Assembly: GCA_963841015.1 (NCBI GenBank)
Contig: CAWJAX010000005.1
Span: 1-64,000, forward strand
Direction: 5' to 3'
DNA: 64,000 nucleotides
From: an uncultured Methanoregulaceae archaeon
GTDB taxonomy: Archaea > Halobacteriota > Methanomicrobia > Methanomicrobiales > Methanospirillaceae
A model generated the notes under the pieces. It was not told where the DNA came from. It did no database searches and saw only the letters and a list, made by a program, of their open reading frames with translations. Each line of letters starts with the position of its first letter. Position 1 is the first letter of the stretch. Positions 9,190 through 19,983 of this stretch are shown here, one piece after another. A program made the translations under genes and the position numbers.

Positions 9190-9918
9190 ATGAGCGAGAT
9201 TGTATCGGGATTCATACAGGCATTAAACCTGATTGTCACTTTCGATCCCGAAGTGATGCAGATAGCCGCACTCTCTATATTGATCTCACTTGCTGCAACG
9301 GTCATTGCAGCCTCAATATCCATTCCTTTGGGGGGACTTATCCATTTTTACGAATTCCGGGGCAAACGGGCGGTTATCATCCTGATCCAGACCCTCTATT
9401 CCATCCCGACCGTTGTCGTGGGACTCCTGCTCTACCTTATGTTCTCCCGGAGCGGCCCGCTCGGGATATTCGGGCTCCTGTTCACCCCGGAAGGGATGAT
9501 CATCGGACAGGCCGTGCTGATTATTCCCATCATCACCGGACTGGTCATCGCCGCTCTTGGCGGAGTCGACCGGAATATCAGCGACACCCTCATCTCGCTG
9601 GGTGCTACCGGAATCCAGACCATCATGCAGGTTGTGAGGGAAGCTCGTCTGGCGATCCTCAGTGCAGTGGTCCTTGGCTTTGGCCGTGCTATCTCAGAAG
9701 TCGGTGTTGCAATGATGATCGGTGGCAATATCCGGGGAGAGACACGCGTACTGACAACTGCAATAGCGCTCCAGACAGGTATCGGTGATTTCCCGTTCTC
9801 AATCGCTCTTGGCATCATCCTGCTCCTGATAGCGCTCGTCATAGTAATCATCATGAATATCATCATATCCGGCCTGTCGGTTGAGTCCCAGCAGGCACTT
9901 GGAGGGCCACGATTATGA
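9190..9918 (+). CDS. tupB: Tungstate ABC transporter permease
   Basis: Motifs PTVVVGL..Y...SRSGPLG, FGRAISEVG..M.IGGNI and TRVLTTAI. Confidence 0.9.
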   Translation: MSEIVSGFIQALNLIVTFDPEVMQIAALSILISLAATVIAASISIPLGGLIHFYEFRGKRAVIILIQTLYSIPTVVVGLLLYLMFSRSGPLGIFGLLFTPEGMIIGQAVLIIPIITGLVIAALGGVDRNISDTLISLGATGIQTIMQVVREARLAILSAVVLGFGRAISEVGVAMMIGGNIRGETRVLTTAIALQTGIGDFPFSIALGIILLLIALVIVIIMNIIISGLSVESQQALGGPRL

Positions 9919-11000
9919 TCCGGATAGAAGGTCTCTCGCGCGTGGCTGGTGGCAAAACTATTCTCGAATCGATCGATCTCGAAATTCATCGCGGGGAGAT
10001 CTTCACCTTTATCGGGCCGAGCGGGAGCGGAAAGACTACGCTCCTGCGTCTCATCGATCTTCTCGATACACCAACAAACGGTACTATCATTTTTGACGGA
10101 ATTGATACCACTGCGTCAAATACGGATCGGCTTTCGATCCGCAGGCGCATGTCGATGGTCTTCCAGAAACCCGCAGTCCTGAACTTAACCGTTGCCGGCA
10201 ATGTTGCATTCGGACTGAAGTTCCGTGGTGTGGAAAAATCAGAGACTGATACACGTGTTCATGAGGCTCTTGATATCGTCGGGCTCCTGCACCTTGCAGA
10301 CCGGAAAGCGGTCACGCTCTCCGGAGGAGAAATGCAGCGCGTAGCAATCGCACGGGCACTGGTGACCCGGCCTGAAGTCCTTCTTCTCGACGAACCGACG
10401 GCAAATCTTGATCCAGTCAACACTGAGTTGATCGAAAATCTGATCAGGCGCATCCACAAGCGCTTTCAGACTACTATCATCCTCTCTACGCACGATATGA
10501 TCCAGGGCCAGCGCCTCGCAGACAGGATCGGGGTGATTATGAAAGGGAAAATTGCCCAGGTCGGTTCACTCCATGACATTTTTTACCGTCCGAATGGCAA
10601 AGACATCGCCCGGTTTGTGGGTATCGAAACGATATTGGAAGGTATCGTCGAATCCAACGAAGAGGGACATGCCCGCGTTAGTGTCGGGAATGCTGTCTTT
10701 GAAGTGATCACTCCCTGTAAACCCGAAACAAAGGTATCCTTATTCATCCGCCCGGAAGAAGTGACCATCGCGGTCAGGGACGGGGATCTGCCCAAAACCA
10801 GTGTACGCAACCAGCTAAGCGGGACAATCATAAAGATGGTGCCCTTCGGACCATTTGTCCGTACTACGATCGACTTCGGTTCTCCGCTGACAGCACTGGT
10901 GACCCGCAGGTCTGCTGATGAGCTCGGACTTGCGGTCGGGATGGCAGTGATCGCTGGTGTTAAAGCCACGGCCATTCATGTCCGTCCGGATACCAGCTGA
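9915..11000 (+). CDS. tupC: Tungstate/molybdate ABC ATPase with C-terminal TOBE domains
   Basis: Walker A GPSGSGKT, LSGGE, LLLDEP; TOBE motifs SVRNQLSG and VKATAI; ATGA overlap with tupB. Confidence 0.85.
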   Translation: MIRIEGLSRVAGGKTILESIDLEIHRGEIFTFIGPSGSGKTTLLRLIDLLDTPTNGTIIFDGIDTTASNTDRLSIRRRMSMVFQKPAVLNLTVAGNVAFGLKFRGVEKSETDTRVHEALDIVGLLHLADRKAVTLSGGEMQRVAIARALVTRPEVLLLDEPTANLDPVNTELIENLIRRIHKRFQTTIILSTHDMIQGQRLADRIGVIMKGKIAQVGSLHDIFYRPNGKDIARFVGIETILEGIVESNEEGHARVSVGNAVFEVITPCKPETKVSLFIRPEEVTIAVRDGDLPKTSVRNQLSGTIIKMVPFGPFVRTTIDFGSPLTALVTRRSADELGLAVGMAVIAGVKATAIHVRPDTS

Positions 11001-11079
11001 AGAATCCTTTCTACACCAGACCCAAAAAAAACTGTGATGAGTTAAACACTATAATACGAGAACGCCCAATAATAGGACG

Positions 11080-11868
11080 ATGCGCTGCACGGTTCTTGCC
11101 AGCGGGAGTAAAGGTAATTGCGTTTTTCTTGAAGGGGAGAGCGGGGCACTTCTGCTGGATGCAGGACTGAGCACAAAAGAAACGCTCCTCCGAATGGACA
11201 GATCATGCCTTGATCCCGGGCAGATTAATGCGGTGCTGGTGACGCATGAGCACGGTGACCATATCAAAGGCCTTGACGTGCTCGCCCGCCGTTTTGCTGT
11301 CCCGGTCTATGCAACCGGAGGAACGCTCGATGAATTTCTCCATCACCGGCGCACTTCTGACAAACGGATAGATAGTCATGTATGCCGGTATCATGAGCGG
11401 TTTAAAATCGGGGATTTTGAAGTCGAACCGTTTGCCACCTCCCATGACGCTGCCGAGCCTTGCGGATTTATCATCAGGGAAAACGGTGTCAGGTTTGGGT
11501 ACTGCACCGATACCGGTATCATAAATCCTCAGATGCTTGACCTGCTGAGGCGATGTGATGCCATCGTACTCGAAAGTAACCACTGTCCCGATATGCTCCA
11601 GAACGGGCCTTACCCGGAATCATTGAAGCGGAGAATCCGTTCAAAACGAGGGCACCTCTCCAATGCCGCTGCCGGTCGCTGCCTGCAGACACTGGGAAAA
11701 GACGTACCGCAGGTAATCCTTGCCCATCTGAGTGAGATGAACAACACGCCGGAACGGGTGATGGCAAGTGCCCGTGAGGGACTCGGGTTCTTTTATGAAG
11801 AAAAGACACTCGTTGTCGCCACCCAGTGCGGGACATCCGGTTCCTGCCCGCAGTGGATAAAACTTTAA
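11080..11868 (+). CDS. MBL-fold metallo-hydrolase (YycJ/WalJ-like)
   Basis: Motifs LASGSKGN, THEHGDH, SHDA, TDTG, LESNH, GHLSN and AHLS. Confidence 0.85.
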   Translation: MRCTVLASGSKGNCVFLEGESGALLLDAGLSTKETLLRMDRSCLDPGQINAVLVTHEHGDHIKGLDVLARRFAVPVYATGGTLDEFLHHRRTSDKRIDSHVCRYHERFKIGDFEVEPFATSHDAAEPCGFIIRENGVRFGYCTDTGIINPQMLDLLRRCDAIVLESNHCPDMLQNGPYPESLKRRIRSKRGHLSNAAAGRCLQTLGKDVPQVILAHLSEMNNTPERVMASAREGLGFFYEEKTLVVATQCGTSGSCPQWIKL

Positions 11869-11931
11869 AAAAATGAAATCGGGAGAATGGCTCTGGAGAC
11901 AGATATGATATACGAGGCACTGGTATGATAA

Positions 11932-12052
11932 AGGAGGGGACAGTGCCTGTCCTCCCTGACCGCCCCTCCGCTTGCGATAGTACTGTATTAACTGTTCGGG
12001 AGTTATCGCATTTGGGGGGAGCCAAAGCGGCGGGGGTGAAACCCCCGTGAGC
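11932..12052. repeat. GC-rich multi-hairpin intergenic element (REP/MITE-like or ncRNA candidate)
   Basis: Hairpin GGGGACAG/CTGTCCTC, long-range pairing CCCTCC..TGCGATAG with TTATCGCA..GGGGGG, and hairpin CGGGGGT-GAA-ACCCCCG; single copy in this window. Confidence 0.45.
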
Positions 12053-12087
12053 GTTCAGGTTTTTAAAAACAGTCCTCCAGTGCTGGG

Positions 12088-12115
12088 AAATTTCCTTTTT
12101 TAAAAAAGGAGATTT
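12088..12115. terminator. Palindromic T/A-tract between convergent genes, possible bidirectional terminator
   Basis: AAATTTCCTTTTTTAAAAAAGGAGATTT. Confidence 0.4.
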
Positions 12116-12145
12116 TTCGTATGCAAAGATCGGAATCCGATGTTT

Positions 12146-13342
12146 TCAGGAGTCTTTAATCTTCAACAATTTTAGGCAATAATGATCAATTGAGTTGATT
12201 ATCGCCTTTTTTGCCTGCTTGACTTTCTTTTCGTCTTCCGAGAGGAAATCATGTGCCACGTATTCGAGCAGGGTGACATAATAATGGTGCGGGCCAAAGG
12301 TTTCCTTGATTTCATCCAGGCAGGCATGTGCCTCATAGTGTTTGCCGCTCATCAGCTCAAACCCAAAATCGAGGAGTGTGAGAGCGTGTTGCGGGAAGTT
12401 TTTACTCACCGCCAGTTTCCTGAACCTGTCAAACACATCTTCCCGGGTAGTGATGATTGCCAGTTTGAGCCCGTAATAGATTGGTTCAAGCTCATCGGGA
12501 TACTGCTGGGTCATCTGCTTGACTACACCCGCCACACCTCCGGCGTCACGTTTCTCGAGCTTGAGCTTGTAGAGCTCACGGAGGAAGTACATATCATCGA
12601 AGAACCGCTCAATTGCCATCCCCAGGAGTTCCTCGCGGATATCACGCTTCCCATCACTTGACGCCTTCTCGATTCCTATCCTTAAAAATGCCCGTTCTTC
12701 GGGGAACCATGCAATCGCCTGTTTTAACATGAACCAGAAGATCTTGTTGATCCCGGGGTCATCGCCAATACCCAGCTCTTTGAGCCGGTTCATGGGAGGA
12801 TTTAAGCGGACCAGCTCGATCATCTGCTCGCGGGCGGCAAGTGCCGACGGCGTGGGTCCCCGGGCTGCTTCTTCCTGGTCCATATCTCCTCCCTTTTGGG
12901 GAGAGCGGGCATAATAACAGTACGCCAGTGCCGGGCAGATAAGAACATCAGCATTCCGGTATTTTTTTAACTGTTCAATCGCTTCGGCATATTTGCCGAG
13001 GTTGATCATCTTTATCCCGAGCACAATGTCGAAGAGCGCTTTTCCGGTTTTCCTGCGCTTGTTCCGTTCAGCATAATCGAACAGCTTCTCAACATATGCG
13101 ATATCTTTGGACATAGCGCTCTTTTCAAGCACCCGCAGGGTTATACTGTCGATGAAATGGTCGTACATATCATCGTTGACATTCGGAAGGGTTTTTTCGA
13201 GGGTGTCAACAACCTGACCGTAAAAAACGGGAACATTGGCATCGATTTTATCACTGTTTTTTTCAATATAATCGAAAAAATCCTTTTTCAGCCTGTTGAG
13301 TTTTACCCTGACGATCGCATTGGGCTGGCACTCCTCGTCCAT
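12146..13342 (-). CDS. Hypothetical alpha-helical (TPR-like) protein
   Basis: 398-aa ORF with TPR-like segments (LGKYAEAIEQLKK, GKHYEAHACLDE). Confidence 0.7.
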   Translation of the reverse strand: MDEECQPNAIVRVKLNRLKKDFFDYIEKNSDKIDANVPVFYGQVVDTLEKTLPNVNDDMYDHFIDSITLRVLEKSAMSKDIAYVEKLFDYAERNKRRKTGKALFDIVLGIKMINLGKYAEAIEQLKKYRNADVLICPALAYCYYARSPQKGGDMDQEEAARGPTPSALAAREQMIELVRLNPPMNRLKELGIGDDPGINKIFWFMLKQAIAWFPEERAFLRIGIEKASSDGKRDIREELLGMAIERFFDDMYFLRELYKLKLEKRDAGGVAGVVKQMTQQYPDELEPIYYGLKLAIITTREDVFDRFRKLAVSKNFPQHALTLLDFGFELMSGKHYEAHACLDEIKETFGPHHYYVTLLEYVAHDFLSEDEKKVKQAKKAIINSIDHYCLKLLKIKDS

Positions 13343-13511
13343 ACTACAAAATCACGCTTGCGGGTAATAAATTTGTTGACCTTAAAGATCAGGGAATCAT
13401 TATACAAAATTGTTTTTTTTTTAAAATCTGGCGAAATCTGGCCATTTCATTTCAAAAAAGTATCAAAACGTTAATGCGTGTGCTTGGACAACATCACAAA
13501 CGAGAACTTTC

Positions 13512-15164
13512 ATGCTCTTTATGGACTTTTCCCGGACCTGTGAGCAACTGGAAGGGACGTCCGGGCGTCTCGATATGATTGATATCATCAGCCGTGTTCT
13601 CCCCACCCTGACACCCGAAGAGCTCCCGGTCTTTGTCCGGTTTGTCATGGGCAGGATTTTCCCGGACTGGAGCTCAAAAAAACTTGGTATCGGACCAAAT
13701 CTCCTGTATGAAGCCATCGGTTACGTAGCTGGCATGAAAAAAGACCAGGTAATCGAGAAAATTACCATCACGGGAGATGCCGGACGTGCCGTAGAGGAAC
13801 TGCTTTCGATAAAATCGCAGACTACGTTTTTCCATGAAGACCTGGATCTCGTCCGCGTGTATACCGAACTCATCACGATCGCTGAAATGGAGGGGAAAAA
13901 ATCCCAGCGGGAAAAACTGCTGGCTGTCCGCCGGTTACTGGGTAATGCCCACCCGCTTGAAGGGAGATATCTTACCAGGATCATGCTCGAAGAACTCCGG
14001 ATCGGTGTCGGAGAAGGCAGCGTGCGGGACGCGATTGCGAGGGCATTTTCCGTGGATTCTGCGCTCGTTGAGCATGCGATGCAGGCGTTAAACGATGCGG
14101 GCGAAGTCGCACGGCTCGCCAGACTGGGACCTGACGCTTTACGGGAGGTTCGCATAACGCTGTTCCACCCGGTACGGATGATGCTTGCCCAGCAGGGAAC
14201 AATTCCGGATATGATCCAGGAGCACGGTCAGATTGCCGCCGAGTTCAAATATGACGGTTCCCGGTTCCAGTTTCACAAAAAAGGCAACTGGGCCCGGTTG
14301 TATTCCCGCAGGCTCGAAGATGTAACTGCAGCTCTCCCGGACGTGATTGAGAAACTGATAACCTCAACCACCCATGATGTGATCCTTGATGGGGAAGTTA
14401 TCGCAATAAAAGATAACAAGCCAATGCCTTTCCAGTCGGTGCTCAGGCGGTTCCGTCGCCGTCACGATATCGCGGAAGCACAGGATGCAATCGAAATGGT
14501 GCCCAATGTTTTTGACATCCTCTATCTTGATGGCGAGACCCTCATAGATCTCCCGCTGGAAAAGCGCAGGAAACACCTTGAAAGTGTAGTGAACAGGTAT
14601 ATTGCCCCCCAGGTAGTCAGCAGTGATCCACGGGAAATCGAACAGACTTACAAAGACGCTCTTGAAGCAGGGCATGAGGGAATTATGATCAAAGTGCCGG
14701 CTTCTTCCTATTCCCCGGGCCAGCGGGGGAAAAACTGGATTAAAATCAAACCCGATGTTGATACGCTCGATCTTGCAGTGATCGGAGGGGAGTGGGGCGA
14801 AGGGAAACGGGCACATATTTTCGGTTCATTTCTCGTTGCCTGCCAGGACCAGGGCAGACTCGTTGCCCTCAGCCGGGTTGCAACCGGCTTTTCCGATGAG
14901 CAGCTTGCTGAGGTTTATGACCTGTTAAAAGACCGTGTTATTAAAAAATCCGGAAAAGAAGTATCGTTTGAACCCGACCTGGTGTTTGAAGTAGGATATG
15001 CAGAACTCCAGGTCAGCCCGACATATGAAGGAGGGTTTGCCCTCCGCTTCCCGAGATTTATCCGGATCAGGGATGATAAAAATATAACTGACGTTGAAAC
15101 TCTCGAAAGTATCAGGGAGCGGTACCAGCGACAGGCGAAATCTGCACAGGCATATCAGAAGTGA
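13512..15164 (+). CDS. lig: ATP-dependent DNA ligase
   Basis: Motifs [24 protein letters not shown] and LRFPRF. Confidence 0.95.
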   Translation: MLFMDFSRTCEQLEGTSGRLDMIDIISRVLPTLTPEELPVFVRFVMGRIFPDWSSKKLGIGPNLLYEAIGYVAGMKKDQVIEKITITGDAGRAVEELLSIKSQTTFFHEDLDLVRVYTELITIAEMEGKKSQREKLLAVRRLLGNAHPLEGRYLTRIMLEELRIGVGEGSVRDAIARAFSVDSALVEHAMQALNDAGEVARLARLGPDALREVRITLFHPVRMMLAQQGTIPDMIQEHGQIAAEFKYDGSRFQFHKKGNWARLYSRRLEDVTAALPDVIEKLITSTTHDVILDGEVIAIKDNKPMPFQSVLRRFRRRHDIAEAQDAIEMVPNVFDILYLDGETLIDLPLEKRRKHLESVVNRYIAPQVVSSDPREIEQTYKDALEAGHEGIMIKVPASSYSPGQRGKNWIKIKPDVDTLDLAVIGGEWGEGKRAHIFGSFLVACQDQGRLVALSRVATGFSDEQLAEVYDLLKDRVIKKSGKEVSFEPDLVFEVGYAELQVSPTYEGGFALRFPRFIRIRDDKNITDVETLESIRERYQRQAKSAQAYQK

Positions 15165-16300
15165 GAAAGCGTCCGTTGCGTGCGGAGCTCGGGGATCAGG
15201 AGACTGTGATGTACCCAGGTATCCGATCCAAGAATGGCAGATGCCTGGTTGACAGCAGCAGCAAGCGATTCACAGGTAACGGGGGGATTTGCCATTGCCT
15301 TTCGGGTAGCTTCACGAATCACCCACGTCCCAAGCGGAGCCCAGTAATCACTGGAGATACTCCTGAGGACAATGACCCGTGCAGACCGCCTCGCATTCTT
15401 AAGGTATTCACACGCTGCGAGCCGTGCGGAGTAGTAGGCACCTGAAATCGGGGAATATCCCTTTTTTGTCATGCCCTCCTGATCCTGCACAATAACCTCC
15501 TCTTCCCCTGCCCAGAGTGTCCGGCGCCCCCAAATCTCGATCATCTCGTACTTCCAGTCGCCCGGGACAAGGATACAGACAATCCTGTTGCCAAAAATTT
15601 CTCCGGTAAAAAGACGGATCTCTTCAATCGGGGGATAGCGTGCGATCTCTTTTTTGAGCTGGATGGAAAGCGTATCATCGACGGCAGTAATGGCCCACCG
15701 GGTGGGTACGAAGGTTCGCCGTTTGCCGAGCAGTCCTGCGGTCATAAGATTTGCAATCTGGTACACATCGATTGCCGATTCCCTGAGCGCACCACAGGCA
15801 TCAGTCGCACTCATATCGGTGTCCGATGTGATCCGCTCAACAACCCGCTCCACCCGGGCATTGCCAAGAACCTCCATTTTTTTTACCGGACCGGTGAACC
15901 CGACAGGCGCAATCGTCCCGTCGAAATTCAGACTGAACGCGACCGGTTTTTCAAATACCACATCCACATCCAGCGGAATGGTGGAACGCGCGATCTCCTG
16001 CAGGTTATCGGCGACCGATGGTAATATCGATCTCCCGCTGATCGTACGGGCACGGATACTGACAATCTCCTCGATACCCAGATTGCGGTCGAGCCAGTCC
16101 GGAGGACTATCACTGTCGTTAATGAGCAGCGGCCCGCCATGCATATCCGGCCAGCCATAACTCCCGATGAAGACAGAGGGGGAGCTTCCCTGGTAACTGC
16201 TCGCAGGTTTCAGGGCAGCCTGGGCATGGAACCGGCTCACCACAGGACAGCGGGGCAGCCCGCACATACCTTTTCCCTTGCACTCGGCGCATCGCATCAA
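15155..16300 (-). CDS. nreA: Nre-family DNA repair protein
   Basis: N-terminal CxxCKG..CG...[33 protein letters not shown] and a C-terminal PIP box QRTLSHF. Confidence 0.85.
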   Translation of the reverse strand: MMRCAECKGKGMCGLPRCPVVSRFHAQAALKPASSYQGSSPSVFIGSYGWPDMHGGPLLINDSDSPPDWLDRNLGIEEIVSIRARTISGRSILPSVADNLQEIARSTIPLDVDVVFEKPVAFSLNFDGTIAPVGFTGPVKKMEVLGNARVERVVERITSDTDMSATDACGALRESAIDVYQIANLMTAGLLGKRRTFVPTRWAITAVDDTLSIQLKKEIARYPPIEEIRLFTGEIFGNRIVCILVPGDWKYEMIEIWGRRTLWAGEEEVIVQDQEGMTKKGYSPISGAYYSARLAACEYLKNARRSARVIVLRSISSDYWAPLGTWVIREATRKAMANPPVTCESLAAAVNQASAILGSDTWVHHSLLIPELRTQRTLSHF

Positions 16301-16305
16301 ACGTC

Positions 16306-17340
16306 TTACCTCTGGTCAATGACCACACGCACCCGTTTATTGAGATAAATCAGCATCTCCTGAACCCACTCATACCAGACAACCTGCACATCCGGGACTT
16401 TTTGTGCAACCTCCCTGCCAACATCATCGTCACGTTCACGGAGCACCTCCACAACTACCGAGCCGGGTGCAAAAGCCGAAGGGACGATAGTATCCAGGTC
16501 ACCATCTACAATTCCAAACACCGGAATACCGCGATGGGCGCAGATATGCCCGCTCACCGCAGTCGTATCATCCCCAATCGCAAGCACACCGCAGCAGTCT
16601 TCGGGCATCCTTGTATAGATCTCATGTCCACAGTGATCGATCACGAGAACACGCCCGCTGCCCGGTGCCTTCCCGTTCGTGTGCGGTGCTGCTGACCGGA
16701 TTGGACCACTCTTGCACCACGCGGTACTGATATCGATGCTCTGGTTCAATGAGAGCTTCTCAAGACCATGGGGTTTGGGTTCCAGGCCGGAACATGGTTC
16801 AACCAGACCACTTCTGCTGTGGAGGACGACGACATCTTCTGTGGCCCGTCCGATCACAATGCCATTTACATAGACCACTTCACCGGGAATACATCCCCGG
16901 ATCTCCCGAATATTTCGCTGTGGGTGAACGGTGCTTTTCAATGATTTTTTCCCAAATCCCGTGAGACGTGAAAGTACCATGGCCAGTTCTTCGTCTCCCC
17001 CGTTCCAGCAATAGACCGTCCTGTTCGAGCATTCTATGTGCACGAGCCCGGTACCACCAAGACGTGAAGCAACCATATTCCCGAACAGTTCCCCGGTTTT
17101 TTGAGTCTTTCCCCGGTTTGCCAGAAACACCGGATCATCCAGGGCCCGAATTACCCTGCTCGGGGGCTGTGCATTGAATTCCACCCGCAAGCCCGATTCC
17201 TCTGCAGCAGTCCTTGCCATAACCCCGGCGACAATGACACATTTGGGGGACAGCACCTCCATAAGCCACGCTACATCGCCCGTATCAAAAATTTCCGGGC
17301 CGTGTACAACCATCATTGCAGAATCAGGGAGTGTTCTCAT
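16306..17340 (-). CDS. DUF2117-like methanogen protein
   Basis: Motifs VVHGPEIFDTG, GVMARTAAEE, IGDDTT and GIVDGD. Confidence 0.7.
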   Translation of the reverse strand: MRTLPDSAMMVVHGPEIFDTGDVAWLMEVLSPKCVIVAGVMARTAAEESGLRVEFNAQPPSRVIRALDDPVFLANRGKTQKTGELFGNMVASRLGGTGLVHIECSNRTVYCWNGGDEELAMVLSRLTGFGKKSLKSTVHPQRNIREIRGCIPGEVVYVNGIVIGRATEDVVVLHSRSGLVEPCSGLEPKPHGLEKLSLNQSIDISTAWCKSGPIRSAAPHTNGKAPGSGRVLVIDHCGHEIYTRMPEDCCGVLAIGDDTTAVSGHICAHRGIPVFGIVDGDLDTIVPSAFAPGSVVVEVLRERDDDVGREVAQKVPDVQVVWYEWVQEMLIYLNKRVRVVIDQR

Positions 17341-17414
17341 GGATCAGCCCTTTTTACTCCTGTTTTAACAAACGGTTGGGATCGCCACTTTGTCATAAAA
17401 AAGGGTCCATCGGC

Positions 17415-17684
17415 CTACAAGGTGGTTATCTGAGTACCTGTAGTCCTCACGAAACGGTTCTCCGGTTCCGAAAACGAAACCCGCCATCCCACATCATACC
17501 GTGCGCCACATTCCGGGCAGATGAGAATCACCTGGTAGACTTCCCGAGTGGATTTGACCGGGGAGTCTTTACCGGCATGCAGTTTGAGAAATGATGTGTG
17601 GAATCCCAGTGCATAACCGCATGCTGGGCATATGTGGAGTTCGTCTTCGATTTTGATATTTCTTATTTCACTCAGAACCGTCAT
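17415..17684 (-). CDS. Small zinc-ribbon hypothetical protein
   Basis: CPACGY...CPECG. Confidence 0.7.
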   Translation of the reverse strand: MTVLSEIRNIKIEDELHICPACGYALGFHTSFLKLHAGKDSPVKSTREVYQVILICPECGARYDVGWRVSFSEPENRFVRTTGTQITTL

Positions 17685-17723
17685 GGTAACTCTTTGTTAA
17701 TGCTCTACGGTCATGGTACGATA

Positions 17724-18827
17724 TTAATTTTGCCCGAGGTTTGCAACATCGATGATTATTGCGGCGGCATTCTCCCTGCCATTGATCGCTTCGTGAACCA
17801 CCCGGACGGGCCGGGGACAGCAGGTCATCGTTTCGGCAATTTTTCTCTCCAGCAGGTCCGGGGTCACCAGCTTTCCGTTTATGGATGTGCCGGCTCCCAT
17901 ATCCACGATCTTTTTTGCATTGTTCTGCTGTTCCGGGTGCTCCGGGTCCATGATGATCATCACCGGTTTTTCAAAGAGCATTGCCTCGTGCAGCGTGGTG
18001 AGTCCCCCATGTGCAATCGCAATTTTTGCTCTCGCAAGGTGCTCGTAAAGGTCCGGTACGTACCCGTGGGAGACAAAATTGTCAGTAGAATCCGGCAGGA
18101 CAGCCCCGGTATAAAATACATCAAAAAAGAGGTCTTTTCGCCGGTCTGCGATCTCCTTTAACATCTGGTACATCGGGAGTTTGTAGGGTTCCCCCCCAAA
18201 ACTGGTGAAGATTGTTTCCCGGGCTGAGGTGTACCGGGCAGGATCCAATTCAAAAAAAGGCCCGGTAAAGGTGTAATGTTTTTCTTCGCCTTTCGGAATG
18301 ATAATATTATATTCGCTGACCGTATCCGGCGGGGGATAATCAGGTATGATAACATGGTCAGAAAAACGGATGTACCTTCTGATAATAAAGTTGAGAGACA
18401 TCCAGACCGGGTTGGTCGTGCCATTGAGCCCGTTGAAATGGTTCTGATTTGTGATGAAGACAACCGGCGTATTCTCGAGCCGGGCTGCAAGAACACCACC
18501 GTACATGGTGTCGCACACCACACAATCGAAATGATGATCGCGGATCAAGCGTCGGACAATCAATCCCGATCGTATCGTATCAGGAATAAGCCACTTTGAG
18601 GACCAGAGCGTCTTTTTCAGGCTGAAGAAACCGTTTTCCCCTTCAAGACAGACTTCGCGGTGGACCCGGTGCAGGGTAGTACCGCCTTGCTGGTGCAGGA
18701 AATCATAGGATTTGCCATACCCGGCAAAATGGATGGTATGTCCCTGCTGCTGCAGGTAATGACTGATATGGAGACACCGGGAGGTGTGCCCAAGCCCCTC
18801 ACCGCAGACAACAAAAAGAATTTTCAT
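17724..18827 (-). CDS. GT-B glycosyltransferase (GT28/MJ1255-like)
   Basis: Motifs GEGLGH, HGGLTTLHEA and EQQNNA. Confidence 0.85.
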   Translation of the reverse strand: MKILFVVCGEGLGHTSRCLHISHYLQQQGHTIHFAGYGKSYDFLHQQGGTTLHRVHREVCLEGENGFFSLKKTLWSSKWLIPDTIRSGLIVRRLIRDHHFDCVVCDTMYGGVLAARLENTPVVFITNQNHFNGLNGTTNPVWMSLNFIIRRYIRFSDHVIIPDYPPPDTVSEYNIIIPKGEEKHYTFTGPFFELDPARYTSARETIFTSFGGEPYKLPMYQMLKEIADRRKDLFFDVFYTGAVLPDSTDNFVSHGYVPDLYEHLARAKIAIAHGGLTTLHEAMLFEKPVMIIMDPEHPEQQNNAKKIVDMGAGTSINGKLVTPDLLERKIAETMTCCPRPVRVVHEAINGRENAAAIIIDVANLGQN

Positions 18828-18899
18828 AGTACTTCCTGCATTAAAGAATATGTCCCGGTAAATGATGAAATTTCAGGTAACTTGTCGTAATCTTCCGGA

Positions 18900-19100
18900 T
18901 CACCCTGCACCACCAGTGTCATCTTCAGGAATGATGATCCATGCCAGGATATAGATGAAAATACCTGTCCCAATGGAGAGGACTGATACTACCGCCCAGA
19001 TCAGCCGGATCACTGTGGGGTCAACATCAAGGTGTTCACCGACACCGGCACAGACACCACCCAGCATCCGATTATTCTTCGAGCGGAACAATCGCTTCAT
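18900..19100 (-). CDS. PspC domain protein
   Basis: RLFRS..NRMLGGVCAG...YILAWIIIP. Confidence 0.9.
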   Translation of the reverse strand: MKRLFRSKNNRMLGGVCAGVGEHLDVDPTVIRLIWAVVSVLSIGTGIFIYILAWIIIPEDDTGGAG

Positions 19101-19211
19101 GCTAAAAATGTTGTTTTTTCACCCATAAAAGTAATTGAGAAACGTATTACCGGCCAACTCAGAAGAGTCTAATAATACCCGCGGTACAAGGCATAGTGGG
19201 AAGAAATTACC

Positions 19212-19703
19212 ATGACAGGAGATACAGACCTGTATAAAACAGCAACATTTGGTGCCGGTTGTTTCTGGGGTGTTGAAGCCGCGTTCAGCAACCAGAACGG
19301 CGTTGTTTCAACTGCGGTCGGATATATGGGAGGCACGCTGAAAAACCCGACCTACCAGGACGTGTGCACCGGGCAGACCGGTCATGCGGAGGTAGTGCAG
19401 GTAACGTATGATCCGTCAAAGGTCAGTTACGAGCAGCTTCTTGCTGTGTTCTGGTCGATCCATGACCCGACACAGCTGAACCGCCAGGGCCCGGATATTG
19501 GTACAAATTACCGCTCCGTGATCTTTTACCATGACGCAGAACAGGGAAAACTCGCAAGAAAATCAAAAGAGGCTGTGGAGGCATCCGGAGTATTCAGGTT
19601 CGGTAAAATTATGACCGTGATTATGCCGGCACCGGAATTTTACCGGGCTGAGGAATACCACCAGCACTATCACAAAAAGCATGGCGGTTCATGCAGTATT
19701 TAA
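19212..19703 (+). CDS. msrA: Peptide methionine sulfoxide reductase A
   Basis: Motifs GCFWG, GHAEVV, HDPT and AEEYHQ. Confidence 0.95.
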   Translation: MTGDTDLYKTATFGAGCFWGVEAAFSNQNGVVSTAVGYMGGTLKNPTYQDVCTGQTGHAEVVQVTYDPSKVSYEQLLAVFWSIHDPTQLNRQGPDIGTNYRSVIFYHDAEQGKLARKSKEAVEASGVFRFGKIMTVIMPAPEFYRAEEYHQHYHKKHGGSCSI

Positions 19704-19757
19704 CAGCATTTACACCTTGAAAATTTTAAAAAAAAACCAGCAAAGGAGAAGAGGTAA

Positions 19758-19831
19758 TGGGCCCGCTGAGATTTGAACTCAGGACCTCCGCCATGTCAAG
19801 GCGACGTCATAACCAACTAGACCACGAGCCC
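19758..19831 (-). tRNA. tRNA-Val(GAC)
   Basis: Cloverleaf GGGCTCG...TCGCC-TTGACAT-GGCGG...GTTCAAATC...CGGGCCCA. Confidence 0.95.
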
Positions 19832-19983
19832 GTAAATGTCTGATGCTCTATAGCATCTGTCATCTTATTATTAAAAAATAGTGTACCGGTTTTCAAAGCA
19901 TGCCCTGTTCTTATAAACAGAACCTGATCGAACCAGCACAAGTGTTTTTTCCAGACAGGATCTACCAATAAACTGATTTAAAA

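Noticed and set aside
9000-9190. Possible operator boxes before tupB/MOT1 (TCGTTTACCA, GATAAAACCA)
   Set aside because: Too many mismatches to the consensus in AT-rich DNA, and not tandemly arranged
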